64,000 nucleotides of DNA from an uncultured Planctomycetota bacterium (GTDB lineage: Bacteria; Planctomycetota; Planctomycetia; Isosphaerales; Isosphaeraceae): assembly GCA_963737655.1 (NCBI GenBank), contig CAVTTN010000002.1, positions 6,752,001 to 6,816,000 on the forward strand, written 5' to 3'. Under the pieces are notes generated by a model that saw only the letters and a program-made list of their open reading frames with translations, was not told the DNA's origin and did not search any database. This document shows, one piece after another, positions 41,097-53,775 of this stretch (position 1 is the first letter of the stretch; every line of letters starts with the position of its first letter). The translations under genes and the position numbers were made by a program.

Positions 41097-41432
41097 ATGC
41101 AGAAGGCTGGTGTCTGGCTTCTGACGATCATCGGCCTGGTCGGGCTGTTGGTGGCCCTCAGCTTCGAAGGGCATGGCGCGGGCGCCTCGACCCCTCAGCC
41201 GGGAGGACCGGTGCACGTGGCGCCGGTCGTCTGGCCAGTCGGCCTGCCCGATACCTGGCTGGAGTGGGAGAGGCCCGGATACCTGTTGGGGCAGGAGGGC
41301 CGCCCCCATGTCCACTTCGCCGGCGTGTATGTCCTCAGATGGTCGTTCGGAATCCTCGTCGCGAGCGCCTGCGCCCTGGGCTGCGCGTCGATTCTGGCTC
41401 GCCGCGGGCAATCCGGCCGGATCGGGGGCTAA
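41097..41432 (+). CDS. Cassette 18 small membrane protein
   Basis: GGAGG RBS; two TM helices; stop is attC TAA. Confidence 0.7.
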   Translation: MQKAGVWLLTIIGLVGLLVALSFEGHGAGASTPQPGGPVHVAPVVWPVGLPDTWLEWERPGYLLGQEGRPHVHFAGVYVLRWSFGILVASACALGCASILARRGQSGRIGG

Positions 41433-41526
41433 CCTCGCGCTGCTGCGGACCCCGCACCGCCGCGCCCCCTTCTGCGAGATCTTCGTCGATTCGGCGGTGA
41501 GGGTCCGATGAGCTTTGTCGTTAGGC
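41427..41526 (+). repeat. attC18 (slightly degenerate)
   Basis: GGCTAAC...GTTAGGC. Confidence 0.8.
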
Positions 41527-41558
41527 GGCGGGGGGATCCACCCAGGGGGGAACCGAGG

Positions 41559-41966
41559 GTGGTGCGGCGATCCTGGCGGAGTTTGCGGGCGATTCTGGTC
41601 GCCATAGCCGTCGCGGCCGTCGCGATGAACGGCCTGCGTGAACTTCCCACGTTGCGAGATGGCTATCTCCTTCGGCAAGGGGCGGGTCGTGCCCGGCGTG
41701 ATGTCGAGTTGATCGGCGCGGCCTCGGGTCTCGATTCCGCCGCCGGTCGCAGGGCAGTGCTCAATGCCCATCAGGCCCAAGTCCGAGCCAATGCGTTCTG
41801 GCGGGAGAATCTTCCCGGACTGGCCGTCCTGGCGTGCGGCGCGGCGGCCGGTCTCCGGCTCCTGGGGCTGGCCTTCGGGGGCCTCTCGCCAGCCTTCGAC
41901 AGGCGAATCGGCGCGGTCGAACATCGCCGGAGTCCACCGCCTGACCTCTCGCGACCGCTCTCGTAA
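41559..41966 (+). CDS. Cassette 19 small membrane protein
   Basis: SLRAILVAIAVAAVAM and second hydrophobic helix. Confidence 0.55.
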   Translation: MVRRSWRSLRAILVAIAVAAVAMNGLRELPTLRDGYLLRQGAGRARRDVELIGAASGLDSAAGRRAVLNAHQAQVRANAFWRENLPGLAVLACGAAAGLRLLGLAFGGLSPAFDRRIGAVEHRRSPPPDLSRPLS

Positions 41967-42015
41967 AATCGAACGTCGCTCGGGCGGGTGGGTCCGCTGA
42001 GCCTGGTCGTTAGGC
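41939..42015 (+). repeat. attC19 (left arm partly deleted)
   Basis: GCCTGAC...GGTCCGCTGAGCC..GTTAGGC. Confidence 0.7.
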
Positions 42016-42366
42016 GGCTCATCCGGAGGCGAATATGAATGTCGGCGGCGACCTGTCTGACTTCCTCCAAGGGGCACGTCAACGGCCCTCGATGTTCGTC
42101 CGGGACCGGTCCCTCGCCGAATTGGAGGGCATGTGCCGCGGCTACCATGTCGCCCTGCTCATTTCGGGGGATTTGTGCAAGAATTGTCAATGAATCAAAT
42201 GACCCGGAACCGCACGACCAGGGCTGCGGTTCTCCCTTCCAACTCGGGGGGCCGGTCGCCGCTATCAGTAATCGGGGATTTGACTTGACGAACCTCGTTC
42301 CGCCGGATAGTGTACGGCAGTTCCCAATCCAGGGAACATTCGTACCCTGAAACGTGGAGGCGTGCG

Positions 42367-42885
42367 ATGATCCGACGGATCGCGGCGTTGGGGGCGGCGG
42401 TGGTCCTGGCGGCGGCGGCTCTGGGGGCCTGGGCGGGGGCGGAGGACGCCAAGGGCGTGGAGGCGAAGGCGGCGTTCGCGAAGCTCAAGGCCCTGGCCGG
42501 CGAGTGGACCGTGACGAGCGAGCACGGGGCCGGCAAGATCGTGTACAAGGTCACGGCCAACGGGACGACCGTGATGGAGACCGACTTCCCCGGGTCGGCT
42601 CATGAGATGATCACGATGTATCATCTCGATGGGTCGAACCTCAAGGCCACCCACTACTGCTCGGCCGGCAACCAGCCCCGGCTCAAGCTGGACCTGGCCG
42701 GGTCGACGCCCGACCGCCTGAAGTTCGACTTCGACGGCGGCTCGAACCTCGACGCCTCCAAAGATATGCACATCCACGGCTGTGAGATCGCGATCAAGGA
42801 CGCCAACCACGCCGAGGCGACCTGGCAGGGGTTCCTGGGCGGCAAGAAGGCCATGGACACGAAGTTCGTGATGTCCCGGCCGTGA
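42367..42885 (+). CDS. Secreted hypothetical protein
   Basis: GGAGG RBS, signal peptide, AFAKLKALAGEW, THYCSAGNQPR. Confidence 0.8.
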   Translation: MIRRIAALGAAVVLAAAALGAWAGAEDAKGVEAKAAFAKLKALAGEWTVTSEHGAGKIVYKVTANGTTVMETDFPGSAHEMITMYHLDGSNLKATHYCSAGNQPRLKLDLAGSTPDRLKFDFDGGSNLDASKDMHIHGCEIAIKDANHAEATWQGFLGGKKAMDTKFVMSRP

Positions 42886-43166
42886 ATCGGTGATCAGGCC
42901 CGGATCAACCGGGAGGGGGCGGCACGGGGAGCCGGGGGCGGGAGGCCGCGGCCTCGTCTTTCCGCCGGGGCGCCTCGTGCCGCGACGCTCCCTCTCGGGC
43001 CCGTTCCGGGCGCGGGCCGTGCTCGACCCGGCCGATGGTTTCGCCGAATCGGCGGACCCGGAGGCGTGGAAGGCGGATCGGTCGAGCTCCGAAGTCCCGA
43101 CGAGCGGGGATGGGCATGCCCTGGGAGGGCCCAGGGCATGCCTCGCGACTTCGGCGCGAACTGAAC

Positions 43167-44924
<1,758 letters not shown>

Positions 44925-45327
44925 CTCAGGAGTCTCCTTCCAAAACGCGGGAAACGAGGCGAGAACGTGCGCGGGGCACGACGACGGATGGCGGATCGGC
45001 CGGGGCCGGGAGGTCCGCCGGGGGCGGGCCGGGTCGCCGGTCGAGATGGGGGGGAAGGGGGGTCGCGTGGATGCAATCGCGGACCGCACCCGGCGCGTAT
45101 TCTAAAACATCGGTCCCAGTCATGGAACAAAGAAATCCCATGTCGGCCAAAAATTTCCCAGGGTGGTCCGAGTTGCACCGATCGTGAGGCGGGGAGCGGT
45201 CTGGATTTCGCGGGGCGGACCGTCTCTGATGATTGGGGGAGCGGGCCCGGGGCGGGATGACCCGTCGCCGGGCGCGTCCCGGCTCGATCCGACGTCTGGG
45301 AGGAAAGCGACCTTGAAATCGCAGCAA

Positions 45328-46317
45328 ATGCGGCGCCTTGGCCATTCGGATGTCATGATCTCGCCGGTCACCTTCGGCGCCTGGGCCGTGGGCGGCTGGA
45401 TGTGGGGCGGGGCCGACGAGGCCGAGTCGATCGCCGCGATCCGCGCCGGCGTCGATCACGGCGCCACCACGATCGACACGGCCGCCGTGTACGGCCAGGG
45501 CTACGGCGAGGAGGTCGTCGGCAAGGCGATCGCCGGGATTCGCGACCGCGTCCAGGTCGCCACCAAGGGCGGGATGCGGTGGGACATCGAGGACGGCTCG
45601 GAACCCTGGGCCACCAAGGACCGATCGGGCCGGGACGTCGTGATCCGCAAGAACTCGCGCCCGGAGAGCCTGATCTGGGAGTGCGAACAATCGCTCAGGC
45701 GCCTCGGCGTCGACGTGATCGACCTGTACCAGGTCCACTGGCCCGACCCGTCCACCCCGGTCGAGGAGACGATGGCCGCGCTCCTGAAGCTCAAGGAGCA
45801 GGGGAAGATCCGCGCCATCGGCGTGAGCAATTACGACGTCCCGTGGATGGAGCGCGCCCTCAAGATCGGCCCGATCGACAGCTTGCAGCCGCCGTTCAGC
45901 CTGATCCAGCGGAAGATCGAGCCGGCGATCCTGCCGTTCTGCCGGGACCGCGGGATCGGCGTGATCGTCTACTCGCCCCTGGAGCGGGGGCTCCTGGCCG
46001 GGACGGTCGGCCCCGACCGCCAGTTCCCCCCGGGCGACCATCGCGCGACCCACCGATTCTTCACCGTCGAGAACCGCAAGCGAGTGCTCGCGGCCCTCGA
46101 AGCCATCCGGCCGATCGCCGAGACGCACCGCGCGAGCCTGGCCCAATTGGTCATCGCCTGGACGATCGCCGAGCCCGGGATCACCGCCGCTCTCGTCGGC
46201 GCGAGGAACCCCGATCAGGCCATCCACAACGCCGAGGCCATGACGATCTCCCTTTCCGAGCAGGAACGCGCCACCATCCGCGGCGTGTTCGACCCGGTCT
46301 CGGCGGCGATGATGTGA
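45328..46317 (+). CDS. Aldo/keto reductase
   Basis: DTAAVYG, IDLYQVHWPD, IRAIGVSN, YSPLERGLL. Confidence 0.93.
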   Translation: MRRLGHSDVMISPVTFGAWAVGGWMWGGADEAESIAAIRAGVDHGATTIDTAAVYGQGYGEEVVGKAIAGIRDRVQVATKGGMRWDIEDGSEPWATKDRSGRDVVIRKNSRPESLIWECEQSLRRLGVDVIDLYQVHWPDPSTPVEETMAALLKLKEQGKIRAIGVSNYDVPWMERALKIGPIDSLQPPFSLIQRKIEPAILPFCRDRGIGVIVYSPLERGLLAGTVGPDRQFPPGDHRATHRFFTVENRKRVLAALEAIRPIAETHRASLAQLVIAWTIAEPGITAALVGARNPDQAIHNAEAMTISLSEQERATIRGVFDPVSAAMM

Positions 46318-46320
46318 GGA

Positions 46321-46516
46321 GAGATTGAACCGCCAAGACGCCAAGATCGCCAAGGAGGGAGAGGAGAGGAGAAGAAGAGAGAAGAAGAGGTTTGAAATAA
46401 AAATCTTTAGAAATTTTTATTTTCTCTCCTCTCTTCTTCTCCTCTCCTCTCCCTCCTTGGCGATCTTGGCGATCTTGGCGATCTTGGCGATCTTGGCGTC
46501 TTGGCGGTTCAATCTC
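46321..46516. repeat. Long REP-like palindrome between convergent genes
   Basis: GAGATTGAACCGCCAAGACGCCAAGATCGCCAAG... mirrored by ...(CTTGGCGAT)4CTTGGCGTCTTGGCGGTTCAATCTC. Confidence 0.85.
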
Positions 46517-46523
46517 CCTCCCC

Positions 46524-48320
46524 TCATTCGAAGCGGATCTCGTCCAGGAAGAACGAGACGGGCTTGCCCGGCGAGGCCAGCGACCAGGCGAAACCGGTCT
46601 TGATTCTCTTGAGGCTCAGGCCGTCGAGCGGGATGGTGAAGCGTTTCCACTCGCGGCCCAGGGTCACTTTTTCGAGCTTCCCCTTGCCGGAGTCGGGGTA
46701 TTTTTTCTCGGGCCCGAGCAGGCCGAACTCGAAGTTGACGACCTCGCCGCCCTCGGCGCCTCGGGCCCAGAAACCCAGGGTCTTCGCGCCCGAGAGGTCC
46801 AGCCCTCCGGGGCGATCGCCCCAGTCGTCGGCCGGGCTCTGCCAGACGACGCCTCCCCAGTCGGATGAGGCCGTGTACCGGACTTTCAGGCAGGTCTTGC
46901 CGGAATGAGGCATGTCGGCGCAGGTAGGATCAAGCTGAATGGCCTTCGTGTTGCCCATGAATCCCGACGGCGAATAGGGCGGAGCCGGGCCGTCGGCCTC
47001 GTCGTAGACGATCACGGGCAACGTCGCCACCCGGGCCGGGACGGGCGACGACGGCCCCTTCACGAACAGGGGGACGTTCGCCACCGCCGCGCCGTTCTTG
47101 CCGTCCCGGACGTAGGCGAACAGGCGATAGCCGCCGCCGTCCTTCGGCATCGTCAAGGTGGCCGTTTGAGAGTCGGACCGGACCAGGACGTCGGGGAACT
47201 CGGGGGGGGCCGATTCGGCGTCGCCGCCGGTGCGGAGGTCCGTCGCCTCCCGGACGAACCGCCACGTCACCTTCACCGGCGAGCCTTCCGGGTCCGCGGC
47301 CGACAGTTCCGCCCGAACCGTCGCCCCGGGTTCGACCTCCGCCGGCCCGGCGACCTTCAGGCTTTCGATCCGGGGGCAGAGGTCGCGAGGCGGTCGGCCG
47401 GTCCAGAGCTGCGACAGGGCATCGACGGCGCCGAGCTTCGAGCCGTCCGGCAGCAGGAGGCCGAACCACGTGGCGGTGGCCTCCTGCTTCCATCCCCAGG
47501 TGAACGCATAAGACCCCAGGCACGGGCCTTTCGGGGCGATCGCGGCGTCATAGGTTTTCTTGTACAGATCGGCCTTCGCGGTGCTCGAAGGCTCGATCGG
47601 CGCGCCCCACGCCGTCCTGGCCGATTCCCACGACCCGGGCGGGCCGAATTCGGTCAAGACGAAAGGCTTCGTCCCGCCGGCCTTCTTGTATCGCCCGGGC
47701 ACGGAGGGGCCGCCCCCGTAGCTGTTGATCCCCACGACGTCGATCGACGGGCAGAGCCGGTGGATGTTCTTCACGCGGTCGCCGCCGAGCTCGGCCACCA
47801 CGGTCATCGTCGGGTGGTCGGGGTCGAGCGTCTTGACCATCGCCGCGAGGCTTTCGATCGCCGACCAGATCGCGGCGTCGTCCCCCTTCTCGTACCCCTC
47901 CATCTCATTGCCGAGCCCCCACATGAGCAAGGCGGGGTGATCTTTATATTGGAGGACGACCTTGCGAGCCTCCTCCTTCTGCTTCGCGACCTGATCGGCG
48001 TTGTTGTAGTCGAACCCGTGCCGCCGATGGCCGAGCCAGATGCCCAGGGTGACGGTCAGCCCGCGTTTCTGGGCCTCGTCCAGGATGGCGCCGGCCTTCT
48101 CGACGCCCCATGTCCGGACCGAGTTGCCGCCGACCTCGGCCAGGAGCTCCAGCGACCCGTCGCCGCCGACACCCTTGATGAAGTAGGGGCGGCCGCCGCG
48201 AACCAGCTCGTAACCGCCGTCCTCCCTCGCCAGGACGCGGACGGTCGAGGGCCCGTCGGCCATCGCCAGGCCGCCGCCGAGCGCGAAAATCGCGGCGAAA
48301 CCGAACGATCGAGCGATCAC
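46524..48320 (-). CDS. Secreted GH2-like TIM-barrel glycoside hydrolase with C-terminal carbohydrate-binding-like domain
   Basis: GGNSVRTW, HPALLMWGLGNE, FVLTEFGP; C-terminal DLSGAKTLGFWARG...FFLDEIRFE. Confidence 0.85.
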   Translation of the reverse strand: MIARSFGFAAIFALGGGLAMADGPSTVRVLAREDGGYELVRGGRPYFIKGVGGDGSLELLAEVGGNSVRTWGVEKAGAILDEAQKRGLTVTLGIWLGHRRHGFDYNNADQVAKQKEEARKVVLQYKDHPALLMWGLGNEMEGYEKGDDAAIWSAIESLAAMVKTLDPDHPTMTVVAELGGDRVKNIHRLCPSIDVVGINSYGGGPSVPGRYKKAGGTKPFVLTEFGPPGSWESARTAWGAPIEPSSTAKADLYKKTYDAAIAPKGPCLGSYAFTWGWKQEATATWFGLLLPDGSKLGAVDALSQLWTGRPPRDLCPRIESLKVAGPAEVEPGATVRAELSAADPEGSPVKVTWRFVREATDLRTGGDAESAPPEFPDVLVRSDSQTATLTMPKDGGGYRLFAYVRDGKNGAAVANVPLFVKGPSSPVPARVATLPVIVYDEADGPAPPYSPSGFMGNTKAIQLDPTCADMPHSGKTCLKVRYTASSDWGGVVWQSPADDWGDRPGGLDLSGAKTLGFWARGAEGGEVVNFEFGLLGPEKKYPDSGKGKLEKVTLGREWKRFTIPLDGLSLKRIKTGFAWSLASPGKPVSFFLDEIRFE

Positions 48321-48348
48321 GGGAGGGGCTCCGAGGCTGGAGGGACGG

Positions 48349-48702
48349 TCAGGCGATCCGAACGAACGTGAATTTGCCATAATGCTCATCGGTATAATAG
48401 ATTTCGCGAATCTGTCGGGCCGGGACGACGACCTCGAGCACCAATCGCTTGGCGCCCGCCTCGCCCATCGGGTCGCCGGGCCGGGCCTCGCCGACCTGGA
48501 CCTCGTAATAGGCGCACCCCTGATCGGGAGCGGGCAGAGGCGGGCCTTCCAGGTCGGTCCGGCCCTGTTGATTGCGGAACTCGCGGAACGCCCCGCCGAT
48601 CTTCAGCCGATTCTTGGCCGTGATCAACGCGAATTTCACGTCAGGCGGCAAGGACATCTCGGACTTCGTGGGGATCTGCGACTTGGCGATGCGCCCGCTC
48701 AT
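48349..48702 (-). CDS. Barnase/RNase Sa-like ribonuclease
   Basis: FRN...LP...YYE...GAKRLV...IYYTDEHY..F. Confidence 0.75.
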   Translation of the reverse strand: MSGRIAKSQIPTKSEMSLPPDVKFALITAKNRLKIGGAFREFRNQQGRTDLEGPPLPAPDQGCAYYEVQVGEARPGDPMGEAGAKRLVLEVVVPARQIREIYYTDEHYGKFTFVRIA

Positions 48703-48932
48703 CCCGAAGGCCCTCCCCGAGTCGAGACGGCCGGCGACCCCCGCCCGTCGGACGACGCGACAACGCGATTATCCCGGCCCCCGAGGGCGGGGTCAACGAG
48801 GCGTGGCTGGGCCACGCCATCGCTGGCGGGGTATCTGCGGCCCGTTCCCTGCTTGCGACGGACGGTTCGTTCCGATTAGGGTGAAGCGTCTTGGGCGGCC
48901 TCGTATCTAGGAGCGGTTGGAAGGCGAATCTC

Positions 48933-50125
48933 GTGCTCACTAAGGTCGAAATCCATCGCTACCGGTCTTGCGTCGATCTTATGCTCGACGACCTCGGACC
49001 GACCGTGGCCCTCCTCGGCCGAAACGGGGCCGGGAAGACGAATATTTTGCGGGCCATCGCCGATGTCGCGAAAGGGGCGTTAAGTCTTGGATCGGCCGGG
49101 GAATTCCAGGATCATCCCTGGGGATCGGCGGTCACGCTCGAATGCGAGACCGAAGGGGTCAGGATTCGGTACAGGCTCGAATTGCTCTGGCCCGAAGGTG
49201 GAGCCAGGAATAGCTATGCCCTGGATGAAGACATCTGGGTCGCCGAAGACGGCGAGAACTGGGGTAAGCTCGTGGAGCGCCGTGGAGGCGCGGCACGCTT
49301 CCATGAGAATGCCACCGCACGGGAGTTCTCGATCAGGGCGCAGCGCCGGTTTTGCCCTTCCTGACGGCCGTTCTGCCGTCCGACGGACCAGCTTCGGAAA
49401 AGCTCGTCATCCTGGAGCGATTCCTCCGCAGGGTGGTCTTCCACACATTCGACGAAACGAGCCGGCCGAGCGAGCACACAGGCATCGTTTCAAGTTCTTA
49501 TCTGAATCATGGGATTGCCGATCTCGACTTGATCCCGCCGAGTGAGGAGTCGCTCCATTGGAGGCTCCTCAACATGTCCGTTCACGCTCCCGACGACTTT
49601 CGCGAGATCGCCGATCTCCTCGGACCGGATGGTCTCGGGCTCCTCGAAAGGCTAGAGGTCAGGTCCTTCACCATCACGAGTGGGGCCCCGAAGAACGGGA
49701 CGGGACGCGAAGTCTACATGTTATATTACCATCCTTTAGATGAAGGCGGGGGATCGGCCGGCGCCTTTCCCTTCGAGTTCCTGTCCCAGGGTACGCGACG
49801 GATCATTCGCATGGTCGTTGCGATGGTCGCCGATCAGAGTCGCGTGATGCTGATCGAACATCCCGAGGATGGCATCCATCGGGGCCTGATCCGCAAGGTA
49901 TTCAGCCTCCTGAAAACGTACAGCGATCCCGGCCAGGTGATCGTGACGACGCATTCGGAACTCGTCCTCGACATGCTCGACCCGACCGAGGTCCGCCTGG
50001 TCTCGATGGAAGGCGGGGTCACGCGGGCCCGGGCCCTGGACACGGAGGAGGTCGCGCAGGCCCGGCGGTACGTCAAGGAGGCCGGCGCGTTCTCGGACTA
50101 TCTCGAATCCGAATTCGGGCTTTGA
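48933..50125 (+). CDS. AAA_21/ABC-type ATPase, frameshift near 49350
   Basis: GRNGAGKTN Walker A; LSQGTRR, MLIEHPEDGIH, VIVTTHS in second frame. Confidence 0.85.
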
Positions 50126-50697
50126 CAATGGATCGGGCCCGCTTCTTCGTGCTTGCGGAGGATGAGTCCGACAAGCAAACCATCCACGCCATCCTGCGGA
50201 CGCTCACCGGCGATCCCCGACTCCCCCGACTCGGCCAGGGGTTCGGCGGTTGCGGCGACCTCCTCAATCGCGGGGCCAGGGTGATCCGTGGCCATCTTCG
50301 CGACTCCGAAAAGTTCATCATCTGCGTCGATGCGGACGGGGAACCGCCGGAACGGGTCCGCGAGAAGGTCCGTCAACGAGTCCTCATCCCTTCGGGCATC
50401 TCGGCGTGCGGCCTGGTCGTCCCCGTCCAGGAGATCGAAGCCTGGATTCTGTCGGATATCGATCGGGCCCTGGCGAAATGGAAGGCCCATCCGTCGTGGA
50501 CTCCGGCTGAGGTTCGCAACCCCGAGGCGATTGCGAAACCGAAGGAAGCATTGATTCAGATGAGTCGATCTCGTCGTTCGAAGCCGGATTACGTCCCGGC
50601 CCTCCACAACGAGCACATCGCGGCCCATCTGGACCTGGCGCGCGTGGAGACGAAGTGTCCGTCCTTCGCCCCCTTGCGGCAGTATGTGATGGGTTGA
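50122..50697 (+). CDS. DUF4276-like TOPRIM-fold partner protein
   Basis: LAEDESD, CVDAD, EIEAWILSD, PKEAL, CPSF. Confidence 0.78.
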   Translation: MTMDRARFFVLAEDESDKQTIHAILRTLTGDPRLPRLGQGFGGCGDLLNRGARVIRGHLRDSEKFIICVDADGEPPERVREKVRQRVLIPSGISACGLVVPVQEIEAWILSDIDRALAKWKAHPSWTPAEVRNPEAIAKPKEALIQMSRSRRSKPDYVPALHNEHIAAHLDLARVETKCPSFAPLRQYVMG

Positions 50698-50734
50698 TCG
50701 AAGGTGGGCACCAGTTCCCTACCTCGCCTCCGGC

Positions 50735-52066
50735 TCAGCGGCCGGCCGGGGCTTCTTCGGCGAGGGTGGCGGCCCGGCCGATCCCGAAGTAGGTGAAGCC
50801 GAGGGCGGCCATCTTCTCGGGGTCGTAGAGGTTGCGGCCGTCGATGATGACCGGGGTCTTCATCGTCCGGCGCATGAGGTCGAAGTCCGGGTTGCGGAAC
50901 TCGTTCCACTCGGTGGCGATGGCCAGGGCGTCGGCGCCTTTGAGGCAGTCGTACGGCCGGGCGCAGTAGTTCAGCTTGTCGCCGTAGAGGGCCTTGACGT
51001 TGTCCATCGCCTCGGGGTCGTGGACGTTCACGGCGCATCCGGCGGCGATCAGGGCGTCGATCAGGACGAGCGCGGGGGCCTCGCGGATGTCGTCGGTCTT
51101 GGGCTTGAACGCCAGGCCCCAGAGGGCGACCTTCCGGCCGGCGAGGTCGCCGAAGTGCTCGCGGAGCTTGGTCGCCAGGACGTCCTTCTGCGCGTTGTTG
51201 ACCTCGTCCACCGCCTCCATCATCTTCGCCGGGAGGCCGACGGTCCGGGCCATGTGGATCACGGCGCGGATGTCCTTGGGGAAGCAACTGCCGCCGTAGC
51301 CGACGCCGGGGAAGAGGAAGCTGAAGCCGATCCGTTGGTCGTGGCCGATCCCCCGGCGGACGTCGTTGATGTCCGCCTCGTACCGCTCGCAGAGGTTGGC
51401 CATCTCGTTGATGAAGCTGATCTTGGCGGCGAGCATGCAGTTGGCGACGTACTTGGTCATCTCGGCCGACTCGGGCGTCATCACCAGGAACGGCCGCTCG
51501 GTGCGGAGGAAGGGGGCGTAGAGGTCGCGGAGGGTCTCGGCGACCTCGGGGGACCTCACGCCGACGACGACGCGGTCGGGCTTGGTGAAGTCGTCGATGG
51601 CGGCGCCTTCCTTGAGGAACTCGGGGTTGTTGGCGACGTCGAACGGGACGTCGGTCACCGCGGCCATCCTCCGGGCGAGCTCGGCGTTGGTGCCGACCGG
51701 GACGGTGCTCTTGATCACGACGACCTTGTGCGAGTCCAGGGCCCGGGCGATCTCCTCGCCGACGGCCCAGACGCCGGAGAGGTCCGCGCCCCCGTCGTCC
51801 CCCTGGGGGGTGCCGACGGCGATGAAGACCAGCTCGGCCTCGACGACGGCCTCGGCCAGGTCGGTGGTGAAGTGGAGGCGGCCGTCTCGCGAGTTGCGGC
51901 GGACGAGCTCGGCCAGCCCGGGCTCGTAGATCGGGACCTCGCCGCGGTGGAGCATGGCGATCTTCGAGGCGACCTTGTCGACGCAGGTGACCTCGTTGCC
52001 GCTCTCGGCGAAGCAGGTCCCGGTGACCAGGCCGACGTATCCAGTCCCGATGACGGCGATCTTCAT
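50735..52066 (-). CDS. ugd: UDP-glucose 6-dehydrogenase
   Basis: [38 protein letters not shown]. Confidence 0.96.
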   Translation of the reverse strand: MKIAVIGTGYVGLVTGTCFAESGNEVTCVDKVASKIAMLHRGEVPIYEPGLAELVRRNSRDGRLHFTTDLAEAVVEAELVFIAVGTPQGDDGGADLSGVWAVGEEIARALDSHKVVVIKSTVPVGTNAELARRMAAVTDVPFDVANNPEFLKEGAAIDDFTKPDRVVVGVRSPEVAETLRDLYAPFLRTERPFLVMTPESAEMTKYVANCMLAAKISFINEMANLCERYEADINDVRRGIGHDQRIGFSFLFPGVGYGGSCFPKDIRAVIHMARTVGLPAKMMEAVDEVNNAQKDVLATKLREHFGDLAGRKVALWGLAFKPKTDDIREAPALVLIDALIAAGCAVNVHDPEAMDNVKALYGDKLNYCARPYDCLKGADALAIATEWNEFRNPDFDLMRRTMKTPVIIDGRNLYDPEKMAALGFTYFGIGRAATLAEEAPAGR

Positions 52067-52475
52067 GAAAGGCGGCCCTCCTCGGCCCGCGATCGGTTCA
52101 GTTCGGTGCGACGGGGTTCGGTGCGGCGCGATTCGGGGGAGGTCGAGACGGACGGGCCCCGGGAGAGCTTAGGGCGCGGGCGGGTCCGAGCCAGGGAGGC
52201 TCGGCGATCCCGGCGCAAATTTTCGCAACCCGCCGCCGCGGCCGCAAGCCCGAACGACGATCCGGGGCCCGTCGCGTGGCATTCGGCCATCGTGAGAGGC
52301 CTGAATCCCGGCTCGATCCGATCCGATCGGAGGGCGCCCCCCATCGGCCGAGATCTTCATCGGAAACCCATCGTTTTTACGCAGAAGCTCGCATCAATTC
52401 TTCATGGACGGAGGGTAGATTGCCTGACCCCCTGAACTTTCCCGCCGAGTGGCCTGCTTTCCGAGGACCCCGAAA

Positions 52476-53612
52476 GTGAACGCATCTCCGGTTCGGAAGT
52501 CGCGAGGCGGCTTCACCTTGATCGAGCTGCTGGTGGTGATTGCCATCATCGGGGTCTTGATCGCCCTGCTCCTGCCGGCGGTGCAGGCGGCTCGCGAGGC
52601 GGCGAGGCGCATCCAGTGCACCAACAATCTGAAGCAGATCGGCCTGGCGATCCACAACTACGAGAGCGCCAACGGCTCGCTGCCGCCGACGACGATCCTG
52701 GTCCCGCCGTTCAACGGCTCGAACTGGCTGTTCGAGTCGTCGTGGAGCGTCTCGGCGCGGGTGTCGCCGTTCATGGAGCAGGGGAACCTGTATAACTCGA
52801 TCAACTTCACGCTGACCTACAGCGACCCGCCGAACACGACGGTGGCCTGGACCTCGCTGAGCACCCTGCTGTGCCCGAGCGACACCGGGGCCCCGTATGA
52901 CGACGCCACGCTCGGCGGGACGGCCGTGCTGGTCGCCGGCAAGAAGTTCGCGCCCAATGCCACGAGCAGCTACGGGGCGGTGGTCGGCGACTGGTACGTC
53001 TGGTCGATCAACGGCTCGGCGGTCGGCCAGGTGAACCGCTCGGCGTTCGGGCCGACGATGGTCCGGCGATTCGCGGACTTCACCGACGGCCTGAGCAACA
53101 GCCTCCTGTATTCCGAGGGGTACATCGGCCACGCCCAGGCCCGCGACTGCGTGCCGAGCAACGGCATCCCGTCGGACTCCTCGGCCGGGACGTGGTCCCC
53201 CTCGAACGTCCCGACGCCCGAGAACTCGCTGGCCGCGCTGAACCAGGTGGTCGCGGCGTGCAGCAGCTCGAAGAAGTTCGGCGTGCCCTACGGCCACACC
53301 CGCTGGTGCAACGGCGGCGTGTATTACTCGGGGATCACCACGGCCGTCCCGCCCAACACGAAGGTGACGACGACCCTGCCCGTGGTCAACTCCCGGACCA
53401 TCGGCAAGCCGTTCGACTACGTGAGCTGGGACGAGAACAACGGCCTCTCGACCTACGCCTCGCTCTCGGCCAGCAGCTTCCACCCCGGCGGCGTGAACAC
53501 CCTGCTGGGCGACGGCAGCGTGAAGTTCGTCAAGGACGCGACGGCCCCGAAGGTCTGGCGGGCCCTGGGCACCATCTCCGGCAGCGAGGTCATCAACGCC
53601 ACCGATTATTGA
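52476..53612 (+). CDS. DUF1559 prepilin-type protein
   Basis: [50 protein letters not shown]. Confidence 0.95.
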   Translation: MNASPVRKSRGGFTLIELLVVIAIIGVLIALLLPAVQAAREAARRIQCTNNLKQIGLAIHNYESANGSLPPTTILVPPFNGSNWLFESSWSVSARVSPFMEQGNLYNSINFTLTYSDPPNTTVAWTSLSTLLCPSDTGAPYDDATLGGTAVLVAGKKFAPNATSSYGAVVGDWYVWSINGSAVGQVNRSAFGPTMVRRFADFTDGLSNSLLYSEGYIGHAQARDCVPSNGIPSDSSAGTWSPSNVPTPENSLAALNQVVAACSSSKKFGVPYGHTRWCNGGVYYSGITTAVPPNTKVTTTLPVVNSRTIGKPFDYVSWDENNGLSTYASLSASSFHPGGVNTLLGDGSVKFVKDATAPKVWRALGTISGSEVINATDY

Positions 53613-53624
53613 GTGGGCCGCGGT

Positions 53625-53775
53625 CGGCGGTCGCTGATGAAGCGGAGGCGGCCGTCTCGCGAGTTGCGGCGGACGAGCTCGGCCAGACCGGGCTCGGCTC
53701 GTGGATCGGGACCTCGCCGCGCGTGACCTCGTCGCCGCTCTGGGCGAGCCAGGTCCCCGTGACGACGATCTTCAT
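53625..53775 (-). pseudogene. Decayed duplicate of ugd 5' end
   Basis: MKIVVTGT...[15 protein letters not shown] and gccgtctcgcgagttgcggcggacgagctcggcc shared with 51880-51914. Confidence 0.8.

Larger units (their letters stand above)
26276..42015 (+). mobile_element. Integron cassette array, 19 attC sites
   Basis: Recurrent ~100-bp GCCTAACC..GCTGCAGCGGACC...GGTCCGCTGAGCTT..GTTAGGC elements separating short + strand ORFs. Confidence 0.95.

Noticed and set aside
26514..42015. Recurrent repeat with unique intervening DNA as a CRISPR array
   Set aside because: Repeats are ~100-bp attC hairpins, spacers are gene-sized, intI is adjacent and no cas genes are present.
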